The notes under the pieces were generated by a model, which made no database searches, was not told the DNA's origin, and saw only the letters and a list, made by a program, of their open reading frames with translations. This document shows positions 20,073-31,035 of a stretch of 64,000 nucleotides of DNA, one piece after another; the first letter of the stretch is position 1; every line of letters begins with the position of its first letter. This DNA is from an uncultured Alphaproteobacteria bacterium (GTDB lineage: Bacteria > Pseudomonadota > Alphaproteobacteria > Rhizobiales > Beijerinckiaceae), in contig CAVWTQ010000010.1 in NCBI GenBank assembly GCA_963757985.1, forward strand, positions 181,509 through 245,508, in the 5' to 3' direction. A program made the position numbers and the translations under genes.

Positions 20073-22322
20073 TCACAAAAAACTCTGCGGATCGATGTCG
20101 ATCGCGACCCTTACGCCGCCGCGCTGCTTTGGCCCGGCGGCGAGCATGGCCCGGACAAAGCCTTGCAGATCAGCGGTGCGGGGCGCGCGGACGAGCAGCC
20201 GGAAGCGATGGCGCCCGCGAATGACGGCGATCGGCGCTTCGGCCGGCCCTAACAGCGCGATGTCGTTCTCGCCGGGCAGGCCGCCGGCGGGCGCGAGACT
20301 CCAGAGCGGCGAGGGCGGCAGCTCGTAGGCCGCCCGCGCCAGCGCACGCGCGAAAACTTCGGCCGAGGCGGAATCATTGCCCGAGATGATGAGCGCGGCG
20401 AGGCGGCCGAAGGGCGGGAGGCTCGCGAGGCGGCGCTGTTCCGTCTCCGCTTTATAGAAGCGCTCGGCGTCGCCCGACAGAATGGCGCGCATCACCGGGT
20501 GTTCGGGCTGGAAGCTCTGCACCAGCGCGCGGCCCGCTCGTGCCGAAGCGCCCGGCGCGCCCGGTCACCTGCTGCAGAAGCTGGAAGGTGCGCTCGGCCG
20601 CGCGGGGATCGCCGGAGGTGAGGCCGATGTCGGCGTCGATCACGCCGACGAGCGAGAGAAGCGGGAAATTATGCCCCTTCGCCACCATCTGCGTGCCGAT
20701 GACGATATCCCATTCGCCGCGCGCGACCGCCTCGAACTCGGCGCGCAGCCGCTCCGCGCCGCCGGGCAAATCGGAGGAGAGCACCATGATCCGCGCGTCT
20801 GGAAAGAGCGCGCCGGCCTCCTCGGCGAGGCGCTCGATGCCGGGGCCGCAGGCCATCAGCGAATCCGGCGCCTCGCAATTGGGGCAGAGGTCCGGCCGGC
20901 GTTCGACATGGCCGCAATGATGGCAGACGAGCGCCTTGCGGAAGCGATGCTCGACGAGCCAGGCGGTGCAGTTCGGGCATTGGAAGCGGTGGCCGCAGGC
21001 GCGGCAGAGCGTCAAAGGCGCATAGCCGCGCCGGTTGAGGAAAAGAAGCGCCTGCTCGCCCCGCGCCAGCGTTTCGGTGAGCGCGGTGACGAGCCGCGGG
21101 CGAAATCCATTTCCCCCGCGCGGGCGCGGCGAGGCGCATGTCAACCGCCTCGATCGCAGGCATGGCGCGGCCCTCGAAACGCCCGTCGAGGGCGAGGCGC
21201 GCATAGCGGCCGGATTGCGCGTTGACGCGGGTCTCGAGCGAAGGCGTCGCCGAGACGAGAACGACGGCGGCGTCCTCGATGCGGGCGCGAACGACCGCCA
21301 TGTCGCGCGCGTGATAGATGACGCCGTCCTCCTGCTTATAGGCGCCGTCATGCTCCTCATCGACGATGATGAGGCCGAGCGTCTGGAAGGGCAGGAACAG
21401 CGCCGAGCGCGCGCCGATGACGATCTCAGCCTCGCCCGAGGCCACGGCGCTCCAGATGCGCGCGCGGTTGCGGCTGCTGACGCCGGAATGCCACTCGGCC
21501 GGCGCCGCGCCGAATCTAGCCTTGAAGCGCTCGATGAATTGCGCGGTGAGCGCGATTTCCGGCATCAGCACGAGCGTCTGGCGACGGCTCTCCAGCGCCG
21601 CCGCGATCGCCTCGAGATAGACCTCCGTCTTGCCGGAGCCGGTGACGCCTTCGAGCAGGGTCACGCAGAACGCGGCGGCCTCGACGCTTTGGCGCAGCGC
21701 CGCCGCCGCCTCGGCCTGGCTCGGCCGAGAGCGCCGGCGGGTTGAAACGCGGGTCGTTCTTCGGCGCGGCCGGCGCGGGCAGCGCGGCCGTCTCCAGAAC
21801 GCCCTCATGGATCAGGCCGTCGATGACGCCCGCCGAGCAGGCGGCGGCTTTGGCGAGCGCCGCCTTGGCGAGGATCGCGCCGCCTTCCGCCGCGGCGAGC
21901 ACGCGCGCGCGGGCAGGCGTCATGCGGGCGGGCGCGGGTCCCGCGAGGCGCACGCCCGCGCGGGCGACCTCGGGCGCCGCCTGGAACGCCGCCCGAATGG
22001 CCATGCGCAGCACCATGCCCCGCGCGGACATGCTCCAGCGCGCGACCCAGTCGATGAAGTCGCGCAAATGCTGGTTCAGCGGGGCCGCGTCGAGCCTCGC
22101 CGCGATGGATTTCAGATTGGAGGCGCCTTGCGGGGCGGGCCGCAGCGCCCAGACGACGCCGAGCGCCATGCGCGGGCCAAGCGGGGCCTCGACGAAGGCG
22201 CCAGGCTCCAGCGCCATTCCCGGCGGGACGGCGTAGGAATAGGCGGTGTCGAGCGCGACGGGCATCAGGACGTCGGCGATCGCTCCGGCTTGCGCTCCGG
22301 CCGCCGAGGGGTCGTCGGTCAT
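20073..22322 (-). CDS. priA: Primosomal protein N' (several frameshifts)
   Basis: [35 protein letters not shown], CxxC zinc motifs, [17 protein letters not shown]. Confidence 0.95.
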
Positions 22323-23047
22323 GCCCTCGGACGGCGCTTTCGCGCCATGATGTTGAGGCCCTCGACGAGGCCGGAGAAGGCCATCGCCGTATAGATGTAG
22401 CCTTTGGGAAAGTGGAAGCCAAAGCCCTCCGCGATCAGCGTCGCGCCGATCAGCAGCAGGAAGCCCAGCGCAAGCATGACGATCGTCGGATTGCGATGGA
22501 TGAAATTGGCGAGCGGATCGGCGGCGAGCAGCATGGCGAGCACGGCCGCGACGACGGAGATGATCATGATCGGCAAATGCTCGGTCATGCCGACGGCGGT
22601 GATGATGCTGTCGATCGAGAACACGACATCGAGCGCCAGAATCTGGCCGATGGCGGAGAGAAAACCCCTCGGGCGCTTCTCCTTTTCAAGCGCGCGCTCG
22701 TCCGGATCGACCGCTTCGTGGATTTCATTGGTCGCCTTCCAGACCAGAAACAGGCCGCCGGCCATCAGGATCAGATCGCGCGCGGAAAAGCCGAAATCGT
22801 TGATGACCAGCACCGGCTTCGTCATCTTGATGATCGAGCTGATCGTGAAGAGCAGGCCGATGCGCAGGATCAGCGACAGCCCGATGCCGATGCGCCGCGC
22901 TCTGGAGCGCATATGCTCCGGCAGCTTCGACGAGACGATGGCGATGAAGACGAGATTGTCGATGCCAAGGACGATCTCCATGGCGATCAGCGTTGCGAGC
23001 GCAAGCCAGCTCGAAGGCTGCGCGGCGAGCGCGTAGAGATCGTTCAT
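22319..23047 (-). CDS. TerC family membrane protein
   Basis: [39 protein letters not shown]. Confidence 0.92.
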   Translation of the reverse strand: MNDLYALAAQPSSWLALATLIAMEIVLGIDNLVFIAIVSSKLPEHMRSRARRIGIGLSLILRIGLLFTISSIIKMTKPVLVINDFGFSARDLILMAGGLFLVWKATNEIHEAVDPDERALEKEKRPRGFLSAIGQILALDVVFSIDSIITAVGMTEHLPIMIISVVAAVLAMLLAADPLANFIHRNPTIVMLALGFLLLIGATLIAEGFGFHFPKGYIYTAMAFSGLVEGLNIMARKRRPRA

Positions 23048-23309
23048 CGGTCAGGCGCCCGCGCGTCGAGGATCCGCGTCGCAGTGCGGCTCAGGTCTCG
23101 CCACGGCGCGCCGGCGCCCGGTTCGAGTGCGATGCGGAAAAACAGAAGGCGTTCTCTCTGATGCTCTCGATTTCAGCCAGCCCGGCCAGGCTCCGCCGAA
23201 GGATCGCGGGAGCATAGAGCGTTGGCGTCGAATTGAACAGACGCATCGCCTGCTTTCGCCAAAAGCAGGCGCCTTTTTGCGCGCCGCGTCGATCTTCGCT
23301 TTCGGGATT

Positions 23310-23483
23310 TCAGAGGCTCGCGGGGCCGCTGGGCCAGCCTTTGGCCGGATCGTCGAGACGGCCGGGCGGTGGCGCGAACCACGAGCGCCTGTCGGGCTTC
23401 ACCATCGCCGCATAGCGGAACGCCCCGAAGATGGCGGCGAGACCCACAAGAAGGCTCGCCACTTTGAGTAGAACGTCGTCCAT
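23310..23483 (-). CDS. Putative small single-TM protein (57 aa)
   Basis: MDDVLLKVASLLVGLAAIFGAFRYAAMVKP...; GGAGAGG RBS-like sequence upstream. Confidence 0.4.
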   Translation of the reverse strand: MDDVLLKVASLLVGLAAIFGAFRYAAMVKPDRRSWFAPPPGRLDDPAKGWPSGPASL

Positions 23484-23828
23484 GAAGTCTCGCCTCTCCA
23501 TTCGCTGCTTAAGGGAGCGCGCCCTCACTTGAGAGCCACGCTGTCCGCAGTCTTCCAAAGCGCTTGCGGCGACCGGTTTCATCCAGCGCCGCACGCCAGC
23601 GCGGAAGGATTTTTTCATTGTTTCGCGGCGGAAAAGCGGCTGCTGGACCTTAAATTCACGGATCCGTGAAACCGCGGGCCGCGCGCGTTTCCGGCTTCAA
23701 GTTCAGCCGCCGCCAAGCGCCCAGACTTTGTCCCGCCTGAGATTTGATGACAATTTCGTTCTGCCGCATTGAGCCAACCGCGCTCATTCGCATTAGACAC
23801 AACAAAATACGGCAAGCCGGGTTTCAGC

Positions 23829-24023
23829 GTGTCAAAAGCAAAAATTGACGCCTCCCGCCGGGCGTTCCTGAGAACATCGGCGACAGGCGTTGCTTTCGCA
23901 GCCGGCGCGCCCGCTCTCGCTTCCGACGCCGCGTCCACGGAAACCGTCGACGCCGTTCTGAACATCGAAGCGCAAACCGCGCTCGTCCTTCGAGACGGCC
24001 GCTTCGCGGCCTCCTCACCATGA
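23829..24023 (+). pseudogene. 5' remnant of a Tat-exported protein (resembles the N-terminus of PaoA/YagT-type 2Fe-2S subunits), cut by a REP copy
   Basis: MSKAKIDASRRAFLRTSATGVAFAAGAPALA (twin-arginine SRRxFL signal) then ETVDAVLNI, then REP sequence and stop. Confidence 0.55.
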
Positions 24024-24027
24024 GGGC
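23982..24027 (-). repeat. REP-like copy, family A (hybrid GG/GG variant)
   Basis: Reverse complement GCCCTCATGGTGAGGAGGCCGCGAAGCGGCCGTCTCGAAGGACGAG. Confidence 0.88.
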
Positions 24028-24076
24028 TTGAGATAGTCCTTCGCGCGCTTACTTCCGTCGCGCGGCTGACGCGTGC

Positions 24077-24442
24077 TCAAGCCCCCTCATCCTGAGGAGC
24101 AGGCGAAGCCTGCGTCTCGAAGGACGAGGGGGCGGTCTCGCAAGTTTGTCGCTTGGTTTTCCGTTTGGCGAGCGCCGACAAGGCGGCGACATCGCCGCGC
24201 ATCATCGCTTCCTTCTTGGCGCGCGACCAGCCCTTGATGCGGCGCTCCGCTGCAACGGCTTCGTCGGTTCGCTCGTAATATTCGCTGAAGACGAGTTCGA
24301 CCGGGAGGCGGCTTTCGGTGTAGCAGCCCTTGACGAGCTTTTGCGCGTGCTCGCTGACCCGCTCGTCCACCGTGCGCCGGGTGATGCCGGTGTAATAACT
24401 GCCGTCGGCGCAACGCAGGATGCAGATGGAGGCGCCCTGCAT
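24077..24442 (-). CDS. Stand-alone GIY-YIG nuclease (UPF0213/YhbQ-like)
   Basis: ICILRCADGSYYTGIT, ER..EH, YT..RLPVELV, A.AAERRIKGWSRAKKEA; ATG at 24442. Confidence 0.9.
   Translation of the reverse strand: MQGASICILRCADGSYYTGITRRTVDERVSEHAQKLVKGCYTESRLPVELVFSEYYERTDEAVAAERRIKGWSRAKKEAMMRGDVAALSALAKRKTKRQTCETAPSSFETQASPAPQDEGA
24084..24130 (+). repeat. REP-like copy, family A, at the 3' end of the GIY-YIG gene
   Basis: CCCTCATCCTGAGGAGCAGGCGAAGCCTGCGTCTCGAAGGACGAGGG. Confidence 0.92.
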
Positions 24443-24452
24443 CGGAAACCTT

Positions 24453-24495
24453 CGTCCTTCGAGACGCGCCCCTCGGGCGCTCCTCAGGATGAGGG
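24453..24495 (-). repeat. REP-like copy, family A, 10 bp upstream of the GIY-YIG start
   Basis: Reverse complement CCCTCATCCTGAGGAGCGCCCGAGGGGCGCGTCTCGAAGGACG. Confidence 0.92.
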
Positions 24496-24545
24496 TTTCT
24501 GGACTCGCAGGCAACGACTTAGGATGCAGAGCCGCGGCCAGCGCC

Positions 24546-25815
24546 CTAAGTGTTCATCGCCTCGAAGAACATGGCGTTGCCTTTCGGCGTCTCGCGCAGC
24601 TTGCCGAGCAGGAACTCGATCCCGTCGATGGTGCCCATCGGATTGAGGATGCGGCGCAGCACATACATCTTTTTCAGGATGTCCGGCGGCACGAGCAGCT
24701 CTTCCTTGCGCGTGCCGGAGCGCGTGATGTCGATGGCCGGGAAGGTGCGCTTGTCGGCGACCTTGCGGTCGAGAATGATTTCCGAATTGCCGGTGCCCTT
24801 GAACTCTTCGAAAATGACTTCGTCCATGCGCGAGCCGGTGTCGATCAGCGCGGTCGCGATGATGGTCAGCGAGCCGCCTTCCTCGATATTGCGCGCGGCG
24901 CCGAAGAAGCGCTTCGGCCGCTGCAGCGCATTGGCGTCGACGCCGCCGGTCAGCACCTTGCCGGAGGAGGGAACGACGGTGTTGTACGCGCGGCCCAGCC
25001 TCGTAATCGAGTCCAGAAGAATCACGACGTCGCGGCCATGCTCGACGAGGCGCTTGGCCTTTTCGATGACCATTTCGGCGACCTGGACATGGCGCACGGC
25101 CGGCTCGTCGAAGGTCGATGAGACGACCTCGCCATGCACGGAGCGCTGCATGTCGGTGACCTCCTCCGGGCGCTCGTCGATCAGCAGGACGATCAGATAG
25201 CACTCGGGGTGATTGGCGGTGACCGACTGCGCGATGTTCTGCAACAGCACGGTCTTGCCGGTGCGGGGCGGCGCGACGATCAGGGCGCGCTGGCCCTTGC
25301 CGATCGGCGCGACGATGTCGATCACGCGGGCCGAGAGATCCTTGCGGGTCGGATCGTCGACTTCGAGCTTCAAGCCGCTCGTCGGGGTAGAGCGGCGTCA
25401 GATTGTCGAAATGGACCTTGTGGCGGATTTTCTCCGGGTCCTCGAAATTGATCGTATTGACCTTCAGCAGCGCGAAATAGCGCTCGCCCTCCTTGGGGCT
25501 GCGGATCAGGCCCTCGACGGTGTCGCCGGTGCGCAGGCCAAAGCGGCGGATCTGCGAGGGCGACACATAGATATCGTCGGGACCGGCGAGATAATTCGCG
25601 TCCGGCGAGCGCAGAAAGCCGAAGCCGTCCTGCAGCACCTCGATCACGCCCTCGCCGACGATTTCGATCTCGCGGCTGGCGAGTTGCTTCAGGATCGCAA
25701 ACATCAGCTCCTGTTTGCGCATGATCGAAGCGTTTTCGACTTCGTGTTCTTCAGCGAAACCAAGCAATTCGGTGGGCGACTTGAGCTTCAAGTCTTGTAA
25801 CTTTATTTCCCGCAT
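24546..25815 (-). CDS. rho: Transcription termination factor Rho (frameshift ~25375)
   Basis: [53 protein letters not shown]. Confidence 0.98.
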
Positions 25816-26049
25816 GGGGATGACGTCCTTGGAAAATGGCGCGATTCGTTTTCACGCAGATGCAGGAAGGCTATGGCGCAGCCAAATCCTGAACGAACAG
25901 GTGGGTTGACCCCAAAATCAGGTGGGAAGAATTCGACGCCGCGCGGAAGCCGATATTTGCAGCCAACGGATCCGCAGGAGGAAACTTTTGGATAAATCAA
26001 TTTCCCGTATTTTGACAAGCAAATGTGTTTGAGGCCGATTTATTTCGCT

Positions 26050-26482
26050 TCAAAAGGGCTTGATCACGACCAGAAAGACAATGCCGATCAGCAAAATCGT
26101 CGGCGCTTCATTGAGGATGCGAAAGAAACGCGCGCTTTTCAGATTGGTCCCGCGCGGCGAGTTTTTTCTGCGCCGCGCTGAAATAGCCATGCAGCGCGCT
26201 CATCAGAATAACCAGCGCGAGCTTGCCATGCAACCAGCCGGCCGTAAAGAAGCCGCCCGCGAAGGCGAGCGTCAGGCCGGTGATCCAGGTCGCGATGATC
26301 GCGGGCAGCATGATGAAACGCAGCAGGCGGCGCTCCATCATCGCCAAGGTCGTCGCCAGCTCGGAGCCGCTTTCCGCGCTGGCGTGATAGACGAACAGCC
26401 GCGGCAGATAGAGCATGCCGGCCATCCAGGCGATGACCGAGACGATATGCGCGGCCTTGATCCAGAGATAGGCGCCGCTCAT
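26050..26482 (-). CDS. hemJ: Protoporphyrinogen oxidase HemJ (frameshift ~26145)
   Basis: WIKA.H..SVIAWMAG.LYLPRLFVYH, MERRL...IM.P, ends ..NEAPT...VVIKPF*. Confidence 0.93.
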
Positions 26483-27535
26483 GAGGCGCCCTGCCCACGC
26501 ACGAGCCTCATCAGCGCCTCGACATGCGCGAGGGGCGTCTGCTGCGCGACGCCATGGCCAAGATTGAAGATATGCGGCCGGCCCCTGAACGCCTTGAGGA
26601 TGCGCGCGCGCGCCGGCCTCGAGCGCAGCGCCGCCGGCGAGCAGCGCCAGCGGATCGAGATTGCCCTGGAGCGCCTTGGCGCTCCGAATGTTTTGCGCCG
26701 CCCAGAGCGGATCGACGGCGCTGTCGAGCCCAAGCGCGTCGACGCCCGTTTGCGCGGCGAAATCATCGAGGCGCGGGCCGATTCCCTTGCGGAAAGCCGA
26801 TCACCTTCGCATCCTTGTGACGCGCGCCTGACGCCGGCGACGATTTGCCTGATCGGCGCGAGGCACCAGCGTTCATATTCTCCGGCCGGCAAGACGCCAG
26901 CCCAGCTGTCGAAAATCTGCACCGCCTCGACGCCGGATTCGATCTGGCGCGCGAGATAATCGACCGAGGCTTCGACCAGCCGGTCGATCAGGCGCTGAAA
27001 CAGCTCCGGCTCGCGATAGGCGAAAAGCCGCGCCGGCGCCTGATCCGGCGTGCCGCGCCCGGCGATCATATAGCTCGCGACCGTCCATGGCGCGCCGCAA
27101 AAGCCGATCAGCGCTGTCGTTGCGGGAAGGGCGGCCTTGACGCGCTCGATCGTCTCGAAGACGGGGGCGAGGCGCTTCGAGGTCGATCGTCTCGCTGCAG
27201 CCTGCCGAAATCCTTTTCCGACAGCGATAGGCTCCAGCCTTGGCCCTTCATTGACCTCGAAACTCACCTTCTGGCCGAGCGCGTCGGGCACGACGAGAAT
27301 GTCGCTGAAGAGGATCGCCGCGTCGAAGCCGAAGCGCCGGATCGGCTGCAACGTCGCCTCGCTCGCCGACCTTCGGCGCATAGCAGAAATCGAGAAAGGT
27401 CGGGAATTTGGCGCGGATCTCGCGGTATTCCGGCAGATAGCGCCCGGCCTGACGCATCAGCCAGATGGGCGGCGGCGACAGCGCCTCGCCGTCGAGGACG
27501 CGCAGGAACGGCTTTGCGGAGGAGGGATCGGTCAA
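26479..27535 (-). CDS. hemE: Uroporphyrinogen decarboxylase (frameshifts)
   Basis: [53 protein letters not shown]. Confidence 0.96.
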
Positions 27536-27961
27536 AACGGGACTTTCCTAAACAATTTTAAGAATCTCTTTCTTAACTTCTTCTTCTTCATATTGGGGGC
27601 TCGAAAAGGCCTGCGCAGGATTGTCCACACGCCGTTTAGCATAGCCGGAGTTATCCTCTGAAGTCACCGCTCCGTGGAATGCGCATTCGCGTTAAGGATT
27701 TATTAATGATTGCGCCGCGCTAGGCTTTTTGCGCGTCGCGCGCCGCGAACAGCTTGCGGCGGTCGGGGCCGGCGTCCACAGGCGCCCTTGCGCCGCGATC
27801 CACTGCGCGAAAGCTGTTGAGGCTTTCGCCGTGGGCTGCGCAGATTTCGGTTGCAATTGCGCCTTCGGCGGCTCTTATCCACCAATATCCTCAGCAATGC
27901 GCCCGGTCGTATCATCGCGGATCGAGGGAGGCGCTGGCGAAGCCGTTTTGGGGAGGCGATC
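27536..27961. other. Probable chromosomal replication origin (oriC)
   Basis: Intergenic region between hemE and the PPDK regulator, the known oriC position in Caulobacter/rhizobia; AT-rich tract ~27545-27595 with GANTC at 27562; DnaA-like boxes TTGTCCACA 27621, GCGTCCACA 27772, TTATCCACC 27875; CtrA box GTTAA-N7-TTAA 27691-27706. Confidence 0.75.
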
Positions 27962-28796
27962 GTGCCGCGCCATCATATCAACCTGCATCTCGTGTCCGAT
28001 GCGACGGGCGAAACCCTGATCGCCGCCAGCCGCGCCGTCGTCGCGCAATATGAGGGCGTCTGCTCGCAGGAGCACGTCTATCCGATGGCGCGCAACGTCG
28101 CGCAGATCGATAAGGCGATCGCCGCGATCGAGGCGGCGCCGGGCATGGTGCTGTTCACGCTGGTCGATCCGGAGCTGGCGCATCGCCTGGCCGAGGCCTG
28201 CGCGCGGCTTGGCGCGCCCTGCCTCTCGGTTCTGGCGCCGATCATGAACCTGTTCGAATCCTATATCGGCGTCGCGGCGACGCCGCGCCCGGGCGCCCAG
28301 CACACGCTGAACGCGGATTATTTCCGCCGCATCGACGCCCTGAACTTCACCATGATGCACGACGACGGCCAGCATTCGGAGAGCTATGAGGCGGCCGATG
28401 TCGTGCTGATGGGCGTCAGCCGCACCTCGAAGACGCCGACGAGCATCTATCTCGCCAATCGCGGCGTCAAAACCGCCAATCTGCCCTTCGTGCCGAACAC
28501 GCCGCTGCCGAAATCGCTCGAAACCCTGCGCAATCCGCTCGTCGTCGGGCTGCTCGCCTCGCCCGAGCGCATCGTCCATATCCGGCAGAACCGGCTCGCC
28601 TCGCTCAACGGCGATCCGCGGCTCGCCCTATGTCGACCAGCGCGCGGTCGCCGACGAGGTGGCGCAGTCGCGCAAGCTGTTCGCCGATCGCGGCTGGCCG
28701 ACGATCGACGTGACGCGGCGCTCCATCGAGGAGACCGCCGCGGCGATCATCGATCTGCACAAGCTGCACAAGATGAAATTCATCTCCGCCACATGA
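27962..28796 (+). CDS. PEP synthase/PPDK regulatory kinase-pyrophosphorylase (DUF299) (frameshift ~28625)
   Basis: [59 protein letters not shown]. Confidence 0.93.
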
Positions 28797-29418
28797 GCGC
28801 GCTCTGGCGCGGCGCGGCGCCGCTTCTCCTCGCCTCGAAAAGCGCCGCCCGCCGCGCGCTGCTGACGGCGGCGGGCAATTCCGTTCGAAGCCCGCGATGC
28901 GATGATCGACGAGCGCGCGCTTGAAGCGCCGCTGCTGCGCAGGCGGGAGCGGGCGGCGCGGCGATCGCCCGCGAACTCGCCCGCAAAAAGGCGCTCGCGG
29001 TCGCCGCGCGGGAGCCGGGCCGGCTCGTCCTCGGCGCCGACCAGACGCTGGCGCTGGGCGACGAGCTTTTCACCAAGCCCGGCGACCGCGCGGCGGCGGC
29101 CGCGCAGCTCGCCGCGCTGTCGGGCAGAACGCATGAGCTTCATTCGGCGATCTGCGTCGCGCGCGGACGACGCCGTGCTGTTCGAGGCGGCGCCCGTCGC
29201 GCGGCTGACGATGCGGGCGCTGACGGCGCGCCTTCATCGAGGCCTATCTCGACGCTGCCGGCGCGGCGGTTCTGGGCAGCGTCGGCGCCTATCAGCTCGA
29301 GGGGCTTGGCGTTCATCTTTTCGAGCGGATCGAGGGCGAGCATTCGGTCATTCTCGGCCTGCCGCTCGCCGCCGCTGCTTGCATTTCTGCGCGCGGAAGG
29401 GAGTCTTGCACGGCATGA
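28793..29418 (+). CDS. maf: Maf-like nucleoside triphosphate pyrophosphatase (frameshifts)
   Basis: [43 protein letters not shown] spread over several frames. Confidence 0.85.
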
Positions 29419-30268
29419 GCTCCAACCTTGAAATTACGCGCAAAGCCTGCGTCGTCGGCTGGCCGATCGCCCATTCGCGCTCGCCGATCATTCATAACTT
29501 CTGGCTGCGCAGCTTGGCCTTGCGGGATCTTACGAGTCGGTCGCGGTGGCGCCGCCGGATTTCGCGTCGCTTCGCCCACGATCTCGCGGCCAACGGCTTC
29601 GTCGGCGCCAATGTGACCATTCCCCACAAGCAGACGGCGTTCGAGGTCTGCGGCAAGGTTACGCCGACCGCCGCGAGCCTCGGCGCGGTCAATACGCTCT
29701 GGCTGGAGCATGGCGCCCTTTGCGGCGACAACACCGATGTCGCGGGCTTTCTCGCCGCGCTCGACGAGGAGGCGCCTGGCTGGGATACGGCGTCCGGCGA
29801 TGCGGTCGTGCTCGGCGCCGGCGGCGCCGCGCGGGCGGTCGTCCATGCGCTGCGCCATCGCGGAAAGAGGGTCCTGCTCGCCAACCGGACACAGAGCGCG
29901 GGCGGAAAGCCTCGCCGCTGACGCGCGGCGCGGGCGTCGAGGTCTACGACTGGGCGCGGCTGCCTGCGGCGCTCGACGGCGCGAGCCTTCTCGTCAATAC
30001 GACATCGCTCGGCATGAAAGGCCATCCCGCGCTCGATATCGACCTTGCGCCCTTGCCGCCGCACGCGGTCGTCAACGACATCGTCTATTTTCCGCTGGAG
30101 ACGGCGCTGTTGCGCGCGGCGCGAGCGCGCGGGCTGCGCACGGTGTCCGGCGTCGGCATGTTGCTGCATCAGGCGGCGCCGGGGTTCGAGCGCTGGTTCG
30201 GGGTGAGGCCCAGCGTGACGCCGGAACTGCGCAGCCTTGTCGAGGCCGACGTTCTGAAAAGCCTCTGA
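29415..30268 (+). CDS. aroE: Shikimate dehydrogenase (frameshifts)
   Basis: [56 protein letters not shown]. Confidence 0.93.
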
Positions 30269-30894
30269 TGTTCGTTCTCGGCCTCACCGGCTCCATCGGC
30301 ATGGGGAAATCGACGACCTCCGCGCTGTTTCGCAAGGCCGGCGTTCCCGTGCATGATTCCGACGCTGCGGTCCACGCGCTTTATGCGGGCGCGGCGGCGC
30401 CGCTCGTCGAGCGCGCCTTTCCCGGCGTGACGCGCGAGGGAATCGTCGATCGCGCGCTGCTCGCCGCGAGGGTTCGCCACAACCCGCAGGAGATGGCGCG
30501 GCTCGAGGCGATCATCCATCCGCTTGTCCGCGCCGACCGCGCCGCCTTCGTTCGCGCGGCGGCGGAGCGGGGCGAGAAGCTCGTTGTGCTCGACGTGCCG
30601 CTGCTCTTCGAGTCCGGCGCCGACCGCGAGTGCGACGCTGCTGTCGTCGTCTCCGCGCCCGAAGCTGTGCAAAAAGCAAGGGTCTTCGAGCGCCCGGGCA
30701 TGACGCCGGAATGGCTTGCGGTCATAATGTCGAAGCAGATGCCGGATTCGGAAAAGCGGCGCCGGGCGCAATTCGTCATCGATACGAGCAAAGGCGTCGA
30801 CGCCGCCGAGCGGCAGGTGCGGGGCATTCTGGCCTCGCTGGCGGGGCGCGAGGGGAAAAGCGCCGCTGAGGGGCCTCACGCTCCCTCATGCTGA
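30268..30894 (+). CDS. coaE: Dephospho-CoA kinase
   Basis: GLTGSIGMGKST, LEAIIHPLV, DVPLLFE, QMPD.EK; stop codon lies within a REP copy. Confidence 0.95.
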   Translation: MFVLGLTGSIGMGKSTTSALFRKAGVPVHDSDAAVHALYAGAAAPLVERAFPGVTREGIVDRALLAARVRHNPQEMARLEAIIHPLVRADRAAFVRAAAERGEKLVVLDVPLLFESGADRECDAAVVVSAPEAVQKARVFERPGMTPEWLAVIMSKQMPDSEKRRRAQFVIDTSKGVDAAERQVRGILASLAGREGKSAAEGPHAPSC

Positions 30895-31017
30895 GGAGCA
30901 GGCGAAGCCTGCGTCTCGAAGCACGAGGGAGCGCTCGCGGCGCGCGCAAGGGTGAGGTTGGGGCGTGTCGCCCTCGTGGTTCGAGACGCGCCTTACAGGC
31001 GCTCCTCACCATGAGGG
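30883..31017. repeat. REP-like inverted doublet, family A
   Basis: CCCTCATGCTGAGGAG...CGTCTCGAAGCACGAGGG (30883-30929) and inverted copy 30971-31017. Confidence 0.92.
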
Positions 31018-31035
31018 CTTTTGTAGAGGGCTTTA

